DNA of 20,000 nt from an uncultured virus (IMG/VR IMGVR_UViG_3300030019_000024) (IMGVR_UViG_3300030019_000024), one strand, 5' to 3'; shown: positions 5,680-15,238, counted from the stretch's first letter. Numbers and translations are program-made. The notes: generated by a model from the sequence alone, not told the origin.

Positions 5680-6453
5680 TTACATCCCTAAATCAAATTT
5701 TCTCCCCCAAAAACAGCAAGTATTTAATGCTATTTTTAAATCATCATCATTCAATGTTTTAGGATGTTTATTTTTTTCAGACCAATCTATATAACGTAAA
5801 TTATTATTTACTATTGTGTTTTTAAATTCCGTATTTAATAGTATTGTTTGAAAATACATTTCATCTGGTATTTGTATATACTTAAATTTTTCATTATATA
5901 CACCATTATTATATATATTATATAAATATTCTAAACACTCATTTGTTATAGAAAACCACTGTGAACCCTTATAATATTTAATATTGTTATCATATTTTTC
6001 ATTTATTCCATCATATATAATTTCACTATCTTTTAAAATCCATTTATATAAATATCTATAAGAAAAATTATCATATATATTTACCAATTCATAATTTAGA
6101 TAATTTTTATTATTGTTACAGAAGAATTTTTTAATTTCATCATTTGGTTTTATCGGTAAGCATACACCACTTATTAGATGAATATAATTAGCATTAAATT
6201 TACTATTTAGATAACATTCAAAAAGTTTTATAGTTGCTTCTACCATACTGAATGTACCCCAATGTATATCAATTCTATCATCAAGAAAAATAACATCATT
6301 TTTATATTTTTCTAATGCATTATGAAAAATATTAATATCACATTTTTTATCAAGGTGTATAAAAATTTTAGTATCTTCATTTAAAATTGAAGATACTAAA
6401 TAATTTAATTGATTAGGTTTTTCATGTGCTAATATTAAATATGCAAATTTCAT
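5680..6453 (-). CDS. GT14 / Core-2/I-branching family glycosyltransferase (tandem paralog)
   Basis: Same motif set; clearly paralogous to 4882..5661. Confidence 0.9.
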   Translation of the reverse strand: MKFAYLILAHEKPNQLNYLVSSILNEDTKIFIHLDKKCDINIFHNALEKYKNDVIFLDDRIDIHWGTFSMVEATIKLFECYLNSKFNANYIHLISGVCLPIKPNDEIKKFFCNNNKNYLNYELVNIYDNFSYRYLYKWILKDSEIIYDGINEKYDNNIKYYKGSQWFSITNECLEYLYNIYNNGVYNEKFKYIQIPDEMYFQTILLNTEFKNTIVNNNLRYIDWSEKNKHPKTLNDDDLKIALNTCCFWGRKFDLGM

Positions 6454-6468
6454 GTTACTATATTGTTT

Positions 6469-7152
6469 TTATATGTCTAATATTCTTTTAGCTATTTGCA
6501 TGGTGGAATACACATCTTTTTCACAGTATGTTTTAATACGTTCTAAATCATTGTTATACCAATACGTATGATGAACTTCACTTCCATTTATGTCATCTTT
6601 TGGTGATTCTATACCTAATTCATAACAAACTTCATCTAAAGAATTATAATATTTTGCACCGAATTTCCATTTATCAGCTAAATCAAATGTTCTTACTTCC
6701 CAAGGTTTCTTATCATATACATTCAATATAGATGGTATTGGTAAATCATATTTATGTAATTTATGTATTAACCAAGGAATATCGAACCCATTTATAACAT
6801 ATCCCGATAATAACATGTCTTTATCAGAAACTTTACTAAATAATTTTGAAACTTGTCTCATTATTTCATATTCTTCATCACCATATATTGAATTAACTGT
6901 ATATCCATCTTCATTTTTATTTGTAAAATATCCAAATGATACACACACAACTTTACCAAAAGTAGAAAACAAACCAGCATATTCTTCATATGCTTCTTCG
7001 ACAGTTGATTTATTTTCTTTCATCCAATCATTTTTATTATACTTCTTTTCAAAAAGTTCTGCACCCTTTGCATCAGCATTTTTATAACTTATGAAATCTT
7101 TAAACTTACCAGTTGTTTCTATATCGAAATAAAATAAATTTTTATATTCCAT
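6469..7152 (-). CDS. stand-alone DEDDy 3'-5' exonuclease (PolB proofreading-like)
   Basis: ExoI FDIET, ExoII NGFDIP, ExoIII YCEKDV. Confidence 0.88.
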   Translation of the reverse strand: MEYKNLFYFDIETTGKFKDFISYKNADAKGAELFEKKYNKNDWMKENKSTVEEAYEEYAGLFSTFGKVVCVSFGYFTNKNEDGYTVNSIYGDEEYEIMRQVSKLFSKVSDKDMLLSGYVINGFDIPWLIHKLHKYDLPIPSILNVYDKKPWEVRTFDLADKWKFGAKYYNSLDEVCYELGIESPKDDINGSEVHHTYWYNNDLERIKTYCEKDVYSTMQIAKRILDI

Positions 7153-7627
7153 TTTTAACTTTATTAATTTTTTTGCTTCTTAAATATATTTTAGTGAAGT
7201 AGTCTTTTTCTATTACTTCATCGCTTATATAACTAATACAATCACTACATGGTGTACATGAATCATCATAACGTTTTTTTATTCTACATGCATCATAAAA
7301 ATCATGATCTTCAATTGAGTCATGTCTATGTGGACAATTCTTTTTAATAAATCCAATAAATTTAATTTCATCATTTATTGAAGTGGTTCTATCCTTAGCA
7401 GTTTTCAAATCTATTTTAACAGTAAAGTCAGATAAACTACTAACTTTAACTTCTATATCACTTTCATTATCTTTTAAAATATTGTTCACTTCATTTGAAC
7501 CTTTAACGTGTATAACAGTGAATTCGTGATATTGAGTAAAGACACAATATTCTATTCTTATTTCCTTTAGTGATATAACAATATCACCTTCAATTACTTT
7601 CATGTTTTTATAAATTGGTATAATCAT
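7142..7627 (-). CDS. hypothetical protein with Cys-rich C-terminal part
   Basis: ORF within the tmk-exonuclease gene run; overlaps the next start. Confidence 0.75.
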   Translation of the reverse strand: MIIPIYKNMKVIEGDIVISLKEIRIEYCVFTQYHEFTVIHVKGSNEVNNILKDNESDIEVKVSSLSDFTVKIDLKTAKDRTTSINDEIKFIGFIKKNCPHRHDSIEDHDFYDACRIKKRYDDSCTPCSDCISYISDEVIEKDYFTKIYLRSKKINKVKNGI

Positions 7628-7647
7628 AATGTACTTTTTATTTTATA

Positions 7648-8391
7648 TTAAATACTAATTAGATTTTTATAAGTTTCAAATAAATCAGTTGGTGTTAATA
7701 CTTCACCCTTATTATTTATACATTTTACTATTTTATAGTTTGCGAAATCAACCAAACCTAAGTACAAATCCCTTACTCTTGATTGTAATTCTAAATCTTG
7801 TTCATGTATATCAGCAGTACCGTTTAAATAATCCCTATCTTCACCTGTGCGATTTGATTCTAATCTTTCTTTTATTACATCAATTGGTAAATCAAAATAT
7901 ATAATTAAATCGGGATATGGTAATTGTAAGAATTTAAATTCAAAGTCATCAATCCATTTAACAATACCTTGTTTCTTTTCATCATCTTCATATTTAGCAC
8001 CTTGAAATGCCATGTTTGAAAAAACGTATCTATCTAATACAACGTAATCATATTCATCTAAGTGTTTTAATAGTTCTATTTTATACTTATATCTATCCAT
8101 TGCATAAATGTTTGCTACAAATAAGGGATCAACTTCATCAGCAGAACCATATTCACCTCTTAGAAATGCACTGATTACATCTGAAAATTCATTTGCACCG
8201 TACATTGGAAAATGGATATGTTTATAAGATTTACCAATACTTGTTATGTAATCTGTAATCTGCTTTAACTGAGTTCCTTTACCTGCTCCATCATTTCCTT
8301 CAATATTTATTAAACGTCCTTTATGTTTTCTTTTATAAAAACCATTCAAGTGTGAATAATCATTATTTGCATTATAACTTACTTCATTCAT
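7648..8391 (-). CDS. tmk: thymidylate kinase
   Basis: P-loop IEGNDGAGKGTQ, HFP, LDRY..SN.AFQ, P.PDL motifs. Confidence 0.92.
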   Translation of the reverse strand: MNEVSYNANNDYSHLNGFYKRKHKGRLINIEGNDGAGKGTQLKQITDYITSIGKSYKHIHFPMYGANEFSDVISAFLRGEYGSADEVDPLFVANIYAMDRYKYKIELLKHLDEYDYVVLDRYVFSNMAFQGAKYEDDEKKQGIVKWIDDFEFKFLQLPYPDLIIYFDLPIDVIKERLESNRTGEDRDYLNGTADIHEQDLELQSRVRDLYLGLVDFANYKIVKCINNKGEVLTPTDLFETYKNLISI

Positions 8392-8410
8392 ATTATTTCA
8401 TATTTTTATT

Positions 8411-8437
8411 ATTATAGGTAATAAAACGAAAAAAGTT
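8411..8437 (-). promoter_or_regulatory. putative phage promoter AACTTTT-N14-TATAAT upstream of tmk
   Basis: Repeated motif with fixed spacing. Confidence 0.6.
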
Positions 8438-8446
8438 ATATTTATT

Positions 8447-8478
8447 TTTGTTTTTCTGCTATTTTTTTCTTATCTTTG
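8447..8478 (+). promoter_or_regulatory. Bacteroidota primary-sigma-type promoter TTTG-N20-TATCTTTG
   Basis: Consensus match 16 nt upstream of the ATG at 8495. Confidence 0.75.
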
Positions 8479-8494
8479 TACAAAAATATATCAA

Positions 8495-8824
8495 ATGTAT
8501 AGAAAAGACAAATATTTATCAAGTTTAGATACAAGTTCGTACCTTAGTTTGGTAGTAGGACTTCAAAAATATTTAACAAATTATTATTTAGCTGAGGTCG
8601 GTATAGCTGCTGAATCAATTTCAATAATTGGTATATCAGGTATATGGGAATCAAATACACCATGTTATCAAATTGATGTAACATTAACTAAATGGATAAG
8701 GATTAAAAACCCATGTTTTGTAACAGGGTGGGGGAAAGCTAATATTAGAATGTCAATTGAAGAATTTAATACCTTTTTACGAATTATTAAAATAAAAAAG
8801 TTTTATGGTAAAAATAGAAGATAA
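8495..8824 (+). CDS. hypothetical protein
   Basis: ORF after a host-type promoter; shares E.(N/T).PCY.I and a C-terminal R..K.KK motif with the next gene. Confidence 0.8.
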   Translation: MYRKDKYLSSLDTSSYLSLVVGLQKYLTNYYLAEVGIAAESISIIGISGIWESNTPCYQIDVTLTKWIRIKNPCFVTGWGKANIRMSIEEFNTFLRIIKIKKFYGKNRR

Positions 8825-9095
8825 TAATTTATCAATGATGTTATGCGTGTTTTTAAAAGAATATCATAAATCTGATGATAGTTTTTGTATTACCCATCCT
8901 ATTGTTACATCAATATATTTAGAAAATACTGAACCATGTTATGATATATCATATTATCATGTTACAGTTCTTGGTACATATCAAAATTTTAGATATTATA
9001 TGACAACAAATGAATTGACATTAATTCAAAGAAAATTTAAATTAAAAAAACTTAAAGAAAGGTTAATACAATGCAAGAATTATATGACAGTATAA
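8805..9095 (+). CDS. hypothetical protein (probable distant paralog of 8495..8824)
   Basis: Overlapping operon arrangement; ENTEPCYDI vs ESNTPCYQI. Confidence 0.75.
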   Translation: MVKIEDNNLSMMLCVFLKEYHKSDDSFCITHPIVTSIYLENTEPCYDISYYHVTVLGTYQNFRYYMTTNELTLIQRKFKLKKLKERLIQCKNYMTV

Positions 9096-9502
9096 AGAAC
9101 ACTATAATAGAAAGGATTTTAATTCTTTCTGATGGTGATTCAAAATTTCAAGTAGAATTATTATATAAAAGTATGTACGAAGCATTGCTATCTAAATGTG
9201 TTAAAACTGATATTTTTACATTCAATCATTACATTCAAAATGGAAGTCCAAGTATTCAAGGTACACCCGATGTATTTATTATGAACCTACCTTACAAGCG
9301 TGATGAACGTGGTAGACTTATTTGTAATACCCAAATAATAATTAATTCTGATGTTATTATAAAGATACAAAATTGCGATTTAATAATACTTAAACACAGA
9401 ACAGCATCAAATGACCTTGTGCATAGATACACGCACTTTGATATTAGTTTCTTATCATTGATTCATAAATTTTTACATATAAGAAAAAATATATATATGT
9501 AA
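9071..9502 (+). CDS. hypothetical protein
   Basis: Overlapping operon arrangement. Confidence 0.7.
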   Translation: MQELYDSIKNTIIERILILSDGDSKFQVELLYKSMYEALLSKCVKTDIFTFNHYIQNGSPSIQGTPDVFIMNLPYKRDERGRLICNTQIIINSDVIIKIQNCDLIILKHRTASNDLVHRYTHFDISFLSLIHKFLHIRKNIYM

Positions 9503-9515
9503 AAAAACATATATT

Positions 9516-9785
9516 ATGATTAAGAAATTTGATGAATTCAATAAGATAGACGAAGGTGAATCATTTAGACCAATGGGGGTGAAAGCACCTGCATTTTGGG
9601 GAAGTAAGGAAGATTTAAGAAAGATAATAATGAATGAATTAAAAAATGATCCAAATCTAACATTAAATAATTATGTTGAACTGAATAAATCATATTTTAA
9701 TAGGTTAAGTGCAGATGACCAAAAAGAATATAATGAAGTTATAGAAAGATTAAATATACCATATTTTCAAAAAGTAAGAACATAA
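9516..9785 (+). CDS. small hypothetical protein, possible internal virion protein
   Basis: N-terminus MIKKFDEF; TATATA upstream; terminator downstream. Confidence 0.75.
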   Translation: MIKKFDEFNKIDEGESFRPMGVKAPAFWGSKEDLRKIIMNELKNDPNLTLNNYVELNKSYFNRLSADDQKEYNEVIERLNIPYFQKVRT

Positions 9786-9816
9786 AAAAAATCCACTAAT
9801 TATTAGTGGATTTTTT
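9786..9816. terminator. bidirectional intrinsic terminator
   Basis: AAAAAATCCACTAAT-T-ATTAGTGGATTTTTT between convergent genes. Confidence 0.85.
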
Positions 9817-9818
9817 AT

Positions 9819-10970
9819 TTATTTAATTTTAAAGAAGAAGAAATCACAACGTCTGTTTGGTCTATACTTAATGGATGGTTCATTTAATTTACCCAATCCG
9901 TTTGTAACTATTTTTTCTTCTGATAGTTTCCACTTATTAACCAATTCGTTTTTAACGCTTATAGTTCGATTTACGCTTAGTTTTTCATTATATGGAACAT
10001 TACCCATGTAATCACAATAACCTCTGATTTCAACGTATAAATTAGGATTAGACTTCATTATAGATGCTACCTTTCTTATTATAAGTTGTGCATTATTATC
10101 CAAATAATATTTATCAAAATCAAAATACACACTTGGTACATTGTCTATAAAACTATTATCATTTTTAACACTATCACCTTTATTTATATTAATCGTATTA
10201 TTGTAATAATTATTAATTATATAGGTATCACCGCAACATTTAGTAGTATCTTTATAAGGTAATTTTGGTTCATCTATATCAATTTTTACTTTTTTACTTT
10301 TAAATTTATAACGTAAATAAATGGTACCCGCACCAATAGCATCATTAGTATTACTATCATATCCACCACTACTGTAATATTTTCCATTAGGGAATAATAA
10401 TTGTATACCTTCTAAGTTATCCTTATTATTAGACCTATAATGTATTTTAGCACCTATATTAAAATGTTTTGATAGTTCATATTCAAGATAAAATGTAATA
10501 GGTATACTTAATGAATTACCATAATCAGGTATTGCAAATTTTGTAACACTTGGATTCTTAATAATTGGATTAAAAGTATAATGTGATCCACCTATTCCAA
10601 TTGAACCATTAAAAGAAAATTTAGAATTAGAATGTGGGAAAAATGCTTTGGTAAAATTAATAGTAGCATTTAAATCACTTTCATACAATCTTGTTTGAAA
10701 TGACACATAATTATTTTCACCTTTTAATGGGAAGTAATACATATCAAGTGATAAACCTAAAATAGGTGTTAATGTGTATTCGACAGATGCACCTAATGTG
10801 ATTTGTCTAATTGAACCTGGAAATATACTTGTAATTTTTTGGGATACATCACCATCAAAATAATTACATCCTATTTCACCAACTACTGACCATCTATGGT
10901 TATAACTTACTTGTGAATATACCCCAAGACATATAACTAATGATAGAAATAATAACTTAATTTTTTTCAT
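9819..10970 (-). CDS. OmpA family outer-membrane protein (signal peptide, beta-barrel, OmpA-C peptidoglycan-binding domain)
   Basis: Signal peptide; amphipathic strands ending YLRYKF; VYFDFDK, GYCD..G, YN.KLS..R, NRR motifs. Confidence 0.9.
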   Translation of the reverse strand: MKKIKLLFLSLVICLGVYSQVSYNHRWSVVGEIGCNYFDGDVSQKITSIFPGSIRQITLGASVEYTLTPILGLSLDMYYFPLKGENNYVSFQTRLYESDLNATINFTKAFFPHSNSKFSFNGSIGIGGSHYTFNPIIKNPSVTKFAIPDYGNSLSIPITFYLEYELSKHFNIGAKIHYRSNNKDNLEGIQLLFPNGKYYSSGGYDSNTNDAIGAGTIYLRYKFKSKKVKIDIDEPKLPYKDTTKCCGDTYIINNYYNNTININKGDSVKNDNSFIDNVPSVYFDFDKYYLDNNAQLIIRKVASIMKSNPNLYVEIRGYCDYMGNVPYNEKLSVNRTISVKNELVNKWKLSEEKIVTNGLGKLNEPSIKYRPNRRCDFFFFKIK

Positions 10971-10978
10971 AAACTTTT

Positions 10979-11701
10979 TTATTTTTTTAAATGTAAAACT
11001 TTAAATGGTATGTAAATTATTAATAATAAAATTAATATTAAAGTACCATCACCAACGGGAACTGCTGGATTACAATCTTCATCTACCCATTCCCAATACC
11101 CACAAACCCATTCTTTATGATGACCACGATGATATTTCCAATACCCATCAACCCATACATTATGACCGCATTTAACTGGTTCACATTTCGAAGGACCATT
11201 TGCATAATTAACTTCATCAATAGCAGGACTTGAAGTGCTTGTTGTTTCAATATTATAATTGTTAGAAGAATATTTACTATCCGATTCAACTTTATGGTTT
11301 GAACCAAAATATGTTATAGGTACATCTGAATTAAACACATGATTTTCTCTGTGTTGTTCATATTTTCTATTATTTTCATATGCATAGCTGTTATTTTGGT
11401 GTGATATATTCCCTAAAGATTCAATATTACTTGAACCAAAAACAGAATTTGACATTTCAACCATTGGTTCATTATATGATTGACTTGGTGAAATATCTTC
11501 ATTAGTTGGTGTGGATGATACAACATTCATACCATCTTTATGAAATACTGTAATACCATTGTTTATAGGTTTAATATTATAAGTACTTGATGAATAATAT
11601 TTATCAGATGTGTAAAGATTAGGACTACCTATTGGTGAATATAAAAATATCACTAATAGAACACCTATCACAAGTACGCTTATTGCTAAAAATTTTTTCA
11701 T
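10979..11701 (-). CDS. exported protein with WxxGxW repeats and a PEP-CTERM/PID-CTERM-like C-terminal anchor
   Basis: Hydrophobic N-terminus; WVDGYW and WVCGYW; VPVGDG + TM helix + basic tail. Confidence 0.75.
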   Translation of the reverse strand: MKKFLAISVLVIGVLLVIFLYSPIGSPNLYTSDKYYSSSTYNIKPINNGITVFHKDGMNVVSSTPTNEDISPSQSYNEPMVEMSNSVFGSSNIESLGNISHQNNSYAYENNRKYEQHRENHVFNSDVPITYFGSNHKVESDSKYSSNNYNIETTSTSSPAIDEVNYANGPSKCEPVKCGHNVWVDGYWKYHRGHHKEWVCGYWEWVDEDCNPAVPVGDGTLILILLLIIYIPFKVLHLKK

Positions 11702-11970
11702 AATTTTATAATATTATTTTATATATTTAAATTAACTGCTACAAAGATAGTACATTTTTTGCTACAAATCTATTTTTTTTAGTTAAAAAGTATTAAAAAG
11801 GTAATTTTTAGATTGTTTAACACCTTTTATTTAGATATAATGAAAACATTGTTGTATATTTGCACGTTTTATTACAACAAAAAAGAACATTAAAGAATAA
11901 TTAATAACGATAATATTTTTTATGAAAGTAGTATAAAAATTTATATATACTAAAAAACTATAACAAATAA

Positions 11971-12600
11971 ATGGACGAATTATTAAACAAGGGTAAAGAA
12001 CTAATGGATAAAGATATATCCAAAGTTAAAGTTAATTATATTGATTTTGATGGTAATAATAAAATAGGTGAAATTGAAGTACACAAATTATTAGAAAATG
12101 AAGTAAAAGACATATTTGATAAAATTAAAGAAAGTGGGTTTCCTATCGAAAAGATAGAACCTATTGATAAATACAACTATTCTGATGAACTATCAGTAAG
12201 AGCAAATAATACATCTGCTTATAACTTTAGGTTTGTTGGTGCAACTAATAAATTAAGTGACCATGCAATAGGATTTGCAATTGATATAAACCCATATCAG
12301 AATCCGTGGGTACATCCATCTGCACTTAATATAACGTCTTATGATGAATCATTAAAAGGTACAATTTTAAAAAACAGTGATATTGTTAATATATTTGAAC
12401 AACATGGATGGTCATGGGGTGGTAATTGGAGAAACCCTGATTATCAACATTTTTTCAAAGGTGGTGATTTAAATAAAACAGTGAAAAATAAGTTATATGA
12501 TGATTTAGGTATAGAAAATCCTTATATACAAGTAACAGAACCAAAAAAAGAATCAAGGATAGATAAATTTAAAGACTTTATGAAAAAACAATTAAAATGA
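11971..12600 (+). CDS. M15 family metallopeptidase (cell-wall peptidase)
   Basis: AYNFR, SDHAIGFAIDINP (SxHxxGxAxD), WGGNW..PDYQHF. Confidence 0.9.
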   Translation: MDELLNKGKELMDKDISKVKVNYIDFDGNNKIGEIEVHKLLENEVKDIFDKIKESGFPIEKIEPIDKYNYSDELSVRANNTSAYNFRFVGATNKLSDHAIGFAIDINPYQNPWVHPSALNITSYDESLKGTILKNSDIVNIFEQHGWSWGGNWRNPDYQHFFKGGDLNKTVKNKLYDDLGIENPYIQVTEPKKESRIDKFKDFMKKQLK

Positions 12601-13076
12601 TAAATAACATATTAAATAAATTAGAAGGTCCAACGACAGAAGAAGCATTAAGTTATATGAATAACTTATCACCAAAAGATATGTTTGAAAAATCATATAA
12701 TATTTGTTTTAGGGAAGGTATGGAACAAGGTATTATAAATAAATACAATATACATATGTTTGATGATATATACCTTAGAGATGCTGCACTTACAGGTAAA
12801 ACAGAAGCTGTTGAAGTATTATTAAAATATGGTGCAGATATTAATGCATTATATGGTTCACCTTTAGCTAATGCGGTATCTAAAAGTCATTATGATGTTG
12901 TTAAATTATTATTCGAAAACGGTGTAGATATTGAAAATCACGGTGCTAAATTAGCATATAAAAATGCAATGAAAAATGGAAATACATATTATATAAAATT
13001 ACTGAATGAATATAAAAGTAAATCTAAAAGTAAATTGGGTATAATTTTAAATAAGATAACAAAATGGGTATATTAG
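12597..13076 (+). CDS. ankyrin repeat protein
   Basis: AALTGKTEAVEVLLKYGADIN and SPLANAVSKSHYDVVKLLFENGVD. Confidence 0.88.
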   Translation: MINNILNKLEGPTTEEALSYMNNLSPKDMFEKSYNICFREGMEQGIINKYNIHMFDDIYLRDAALTGKTEAVEVLLKYGADINALYGSPLANAVSKSHYDVVKLLFENGVDIENHGAKLAYKNAMKNGNTYYIKLLNEYKSKSKSKLGIILNKITKWVY

Positions 13077-13411
13077 GACATTTAAAAGGACCGAATAATG
13101 AAGAATTTTACGACTTTTTAAGAACTTTGTCATCAATAGATGAAGCATTAATAGTTGGTGTAAATGAAGAAGATATGGATATTATTAAAGCTGCATTACA
13201 GTGTGGTGCAAATATTCATTATGACAGTGATAAAGCAATTGTTAGAGCAATTGCAAATAAATCATATGATATTGTAGATTATTTATTATCTAAAGGTGCT
13301 GATAGAAAAATCGCAATAGTTTCATTGAAGTTAGTAAAAGGTGTATATGATTTTATATTACCACCACATTTAGACGAATTATCTAAAAATCCGTCATATA
13401 TAAGTTTTTAA
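13064..13411 (+). CDS. ankyrin repeat protein
   Basis: IIKAALQCGANIH and AIANKSYDIVDYLLSKGAD. Confidence 0.82.
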   Translation: MGILGHLKGPNNEEFYDFLRTLSSIDEALIVGVNEEDMDIIKAALQCGANIHYDSDKAIVRAIANKSYDIVDYLLSKGADRKIAIVSLKLVKGVYDFILPPHLDELSKNPSYISF

Positions 13412-13479
13412 AATAATTAACCAAAAAAGTATTTTTGTAATAATTATATATAGTAATATAAAAAATAATCTATATTACT

Positions 13480-14091
13480 ATGTTAGAACAAAAAATTATT
13501 GACAAATTAAAAGGTATAATACCTTCTGTTGTCTTAGCACAAATTCCCGAAACCGCAGCAAAATTTAATATATCAACTCCTCTTAGACTTGCACACTTTC
13601 TTTCACAATGTCAACATGAAAGTGCAAATTTCACTGCAACCAAAGAAAACTTAAATTATTCGGAAGATGGATTGAAGAAAATTTTTGGTAAATACTTCCC
13701 AGGTAATTTAAATGAATCTTATGCACATAAACCAGATAAAATAGCAGCACGTGTTTATGGTAACAGAATGGGTAATGGTGATGAAGCATCAGGGGAAGGT
13801 TACAAATATTGTGGTAGAGGATATATAATGTTAACAGGTAAAGATAATTATAAAATATTTGATAAATATGTTGATGAAGATATATTAACATCACCTACAT
13901 TAGTTGCAACTAAATATCCTTTAATGTCAGCAGCATTTTTCTTTGATAAATCAGGATTATGGACAGTGTGTGATAAAGGTTCAGATTTAGCAACAATAAC
14001 AGCAGTTACAAAACGTGTAAATGGTGGTACAATCGGTATTTCTGAAAGGATTAAAAATTTTAATAATTTTTATAAAATATTAAATGCATAA
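13480..14091 (+). CDS. glycoside hydrolase family 19 protein (endolysin-like)
   Basis: RLAHFLSQCQHES, ENLNYS, GRGYIMLTGKDNY, VNGG. Confidence 0.92.
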   Translation: MLEQKIIDKLKGIIPSVVLAQIPETAAKFNISTPLRLAHFLSQCQHESANFTATKENLNYSEDGLKKIFGKYFPGNLNESYAHKPDKIAARVYGNRMGNGDEASGEGYKYCGRGYIMLTGKDNYKIFDKYVDEDILTSPTLVATKYPLMSAAFFFDKSGLWTVCDKGSDLATITAVTKRVNGGTIGISERIKNFNNFYKILNA

Positions 14092-14137
14092 AAAGTATAT
14101 TAAAATTTTAATATATAATAAAAAATAATTATTGAGA

Positions 14138-14395
14138 ATGAAAACAATATCAGATTATAATGAATTTTTAAATGAATCCAAACTACAAGACGATTATAGA
14201 GCATTTTTTCTTCATATGTTAGAATTATATGGTGTTAAATCACCAAGTAGTATTAAAGACGAAAAAAAGAAAAAAGAATTTTTTACTGAAATCAATAAAG
14301 GTTGGGTAAAAGGTCAAGGTCTATCTAAACATGGTGAAAAACTTATGGATTGTGAATCTTTAGAAGATGAATGTGAAGATAAAAAAGACATGTAA
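14138..14395 (+). CDS. small hypothetical protein, possible internal virion protein (start likely ATG 14138)
   Basis: N-terminus MKTISDYNEFLNES; AATATATA upstream. Confidence 0.75.
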   Translation: MKTISDYNEFLNESKLQDDYRAFFLHMLELYGVKSPSSIKDEKKKKEFFTEINKGWVKGQGLSKHGEKLMDCESLEDECEDKKDM

Positions 14396-14414
14396 TAATT
14401 CATTAAAGCAGTAT

Positions 14415-14443
14415 AAAAGGGGAAATTATTTTCCCCTTTTTTT
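14415..14443. terminator. bidirectional intrinsic terminator overlapping the stop of the convergent gene
   Basis: AAAAGGGGAAA...TTTCCCCTTTT. Confidence 0.8.
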
Positions 14444-15238
14444 ATAATTAAATTCTTCTTCTGTTTTTATATATTTTTGGGTGTTTATACACTTTTTTGT
14501 AATACATAAATTATTAATTGATGATATTTCTTCTATTTTTATATTATTATCATATCCATATCTAATAGATATTTTATGATCAATTGTTGGATAGTTTGAA
14601 CTTCTTGAATCAATTATGAAATTATTTTTTATATATTCACCATCATAGTAATCATATCCATCCCAACTATTTAATAATTCTTTTTTTATTTTAAGTGTTA
14701 ACCGATTAACTATTCTTTTGTATAATTTAAAATCTTCAAATTTTTCATCTGATATAATTAATCCTTTCTTAATTTTAGTATTTCTTGTTTTTATAATATT
14801 ATTTTTAATTATATCTTTATTTTGAAATGGATTTTCACAACCATATTTTATTAAATTAGTTTTTGTTCTTTTTTCTAATAAATCTATTGAATTTTCTATA
14901 ACATAATCCGAAATTTTTTTCTTTACTTCATCCAAGAAAGAAACATTATCTACACCATAATTTTCGTTATTTGTTATTTTAGTTTTATGAAATCTACATC
15001 CACTACATGCATAAAAATTTTTATTTTTTAAACATGTATTATAACTTTTATATTCTTTCATTGAAGTTTTGTGACAAATATCACATTCTACTTCTACCAT
15101 TACATGACTATTTATATTTAAATCTTCTATTTTTAAAATGAATATATCATTCATTTTGGTGTACTTATATCCTAAATCCATATAAGTTTTTTTATTATAT
15201 GAATTCCACTTCATTGCTACCACTTTAGTTATTACCAT
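14426..15238 (-). CDS. putative HNH-type homing endonuclease with Zn-finger and YG..N repeats
   Basis: CDIC and CSGC; TNNENYGVDN and TNLIKYGCEN repeats; C-terminal TIDHKIS...NLCIT...N; lone opposite-strand gene. Confidence 0.65.
   Translation of the reverse strand: MVITKVVAMKWNSYNKKTYMDLGYKYTKMNDIFILKIEDLNINSHVMVEVECDICHKTSMKEYKSYNTCLKNKNFYACSGCRFHKTKITNNENYGVDNVSFLDEVKKKISDYVIENSIDLLEKRTKTNLIKYGCENPFQNKDIIKNNIIKTRNTKIKKGLIISDEKFEDFKLYKRIVNRLTLKIKKELLNSWDGYDYYDGEYIKNNFIIDSRSSNYPTIDHKISIRYGYDNNIKIEEISSINNLCITKKCINTQKYIKTEEEFNYKKRGK

Noticed and set aside
6815..7904. Plus-strand ORFs 6815..7087 and 7689..7904
   Set aside because: Antisense shadows of the exonuclease and tmk
11083..11307. 74-aa alternative-frame ORF
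   Set aside because: Nested within the 240-aa gene; no independent support
13631..13894. 87-aa minus-strand ORF
   Set aside because: Antisense to the GH19 lysin
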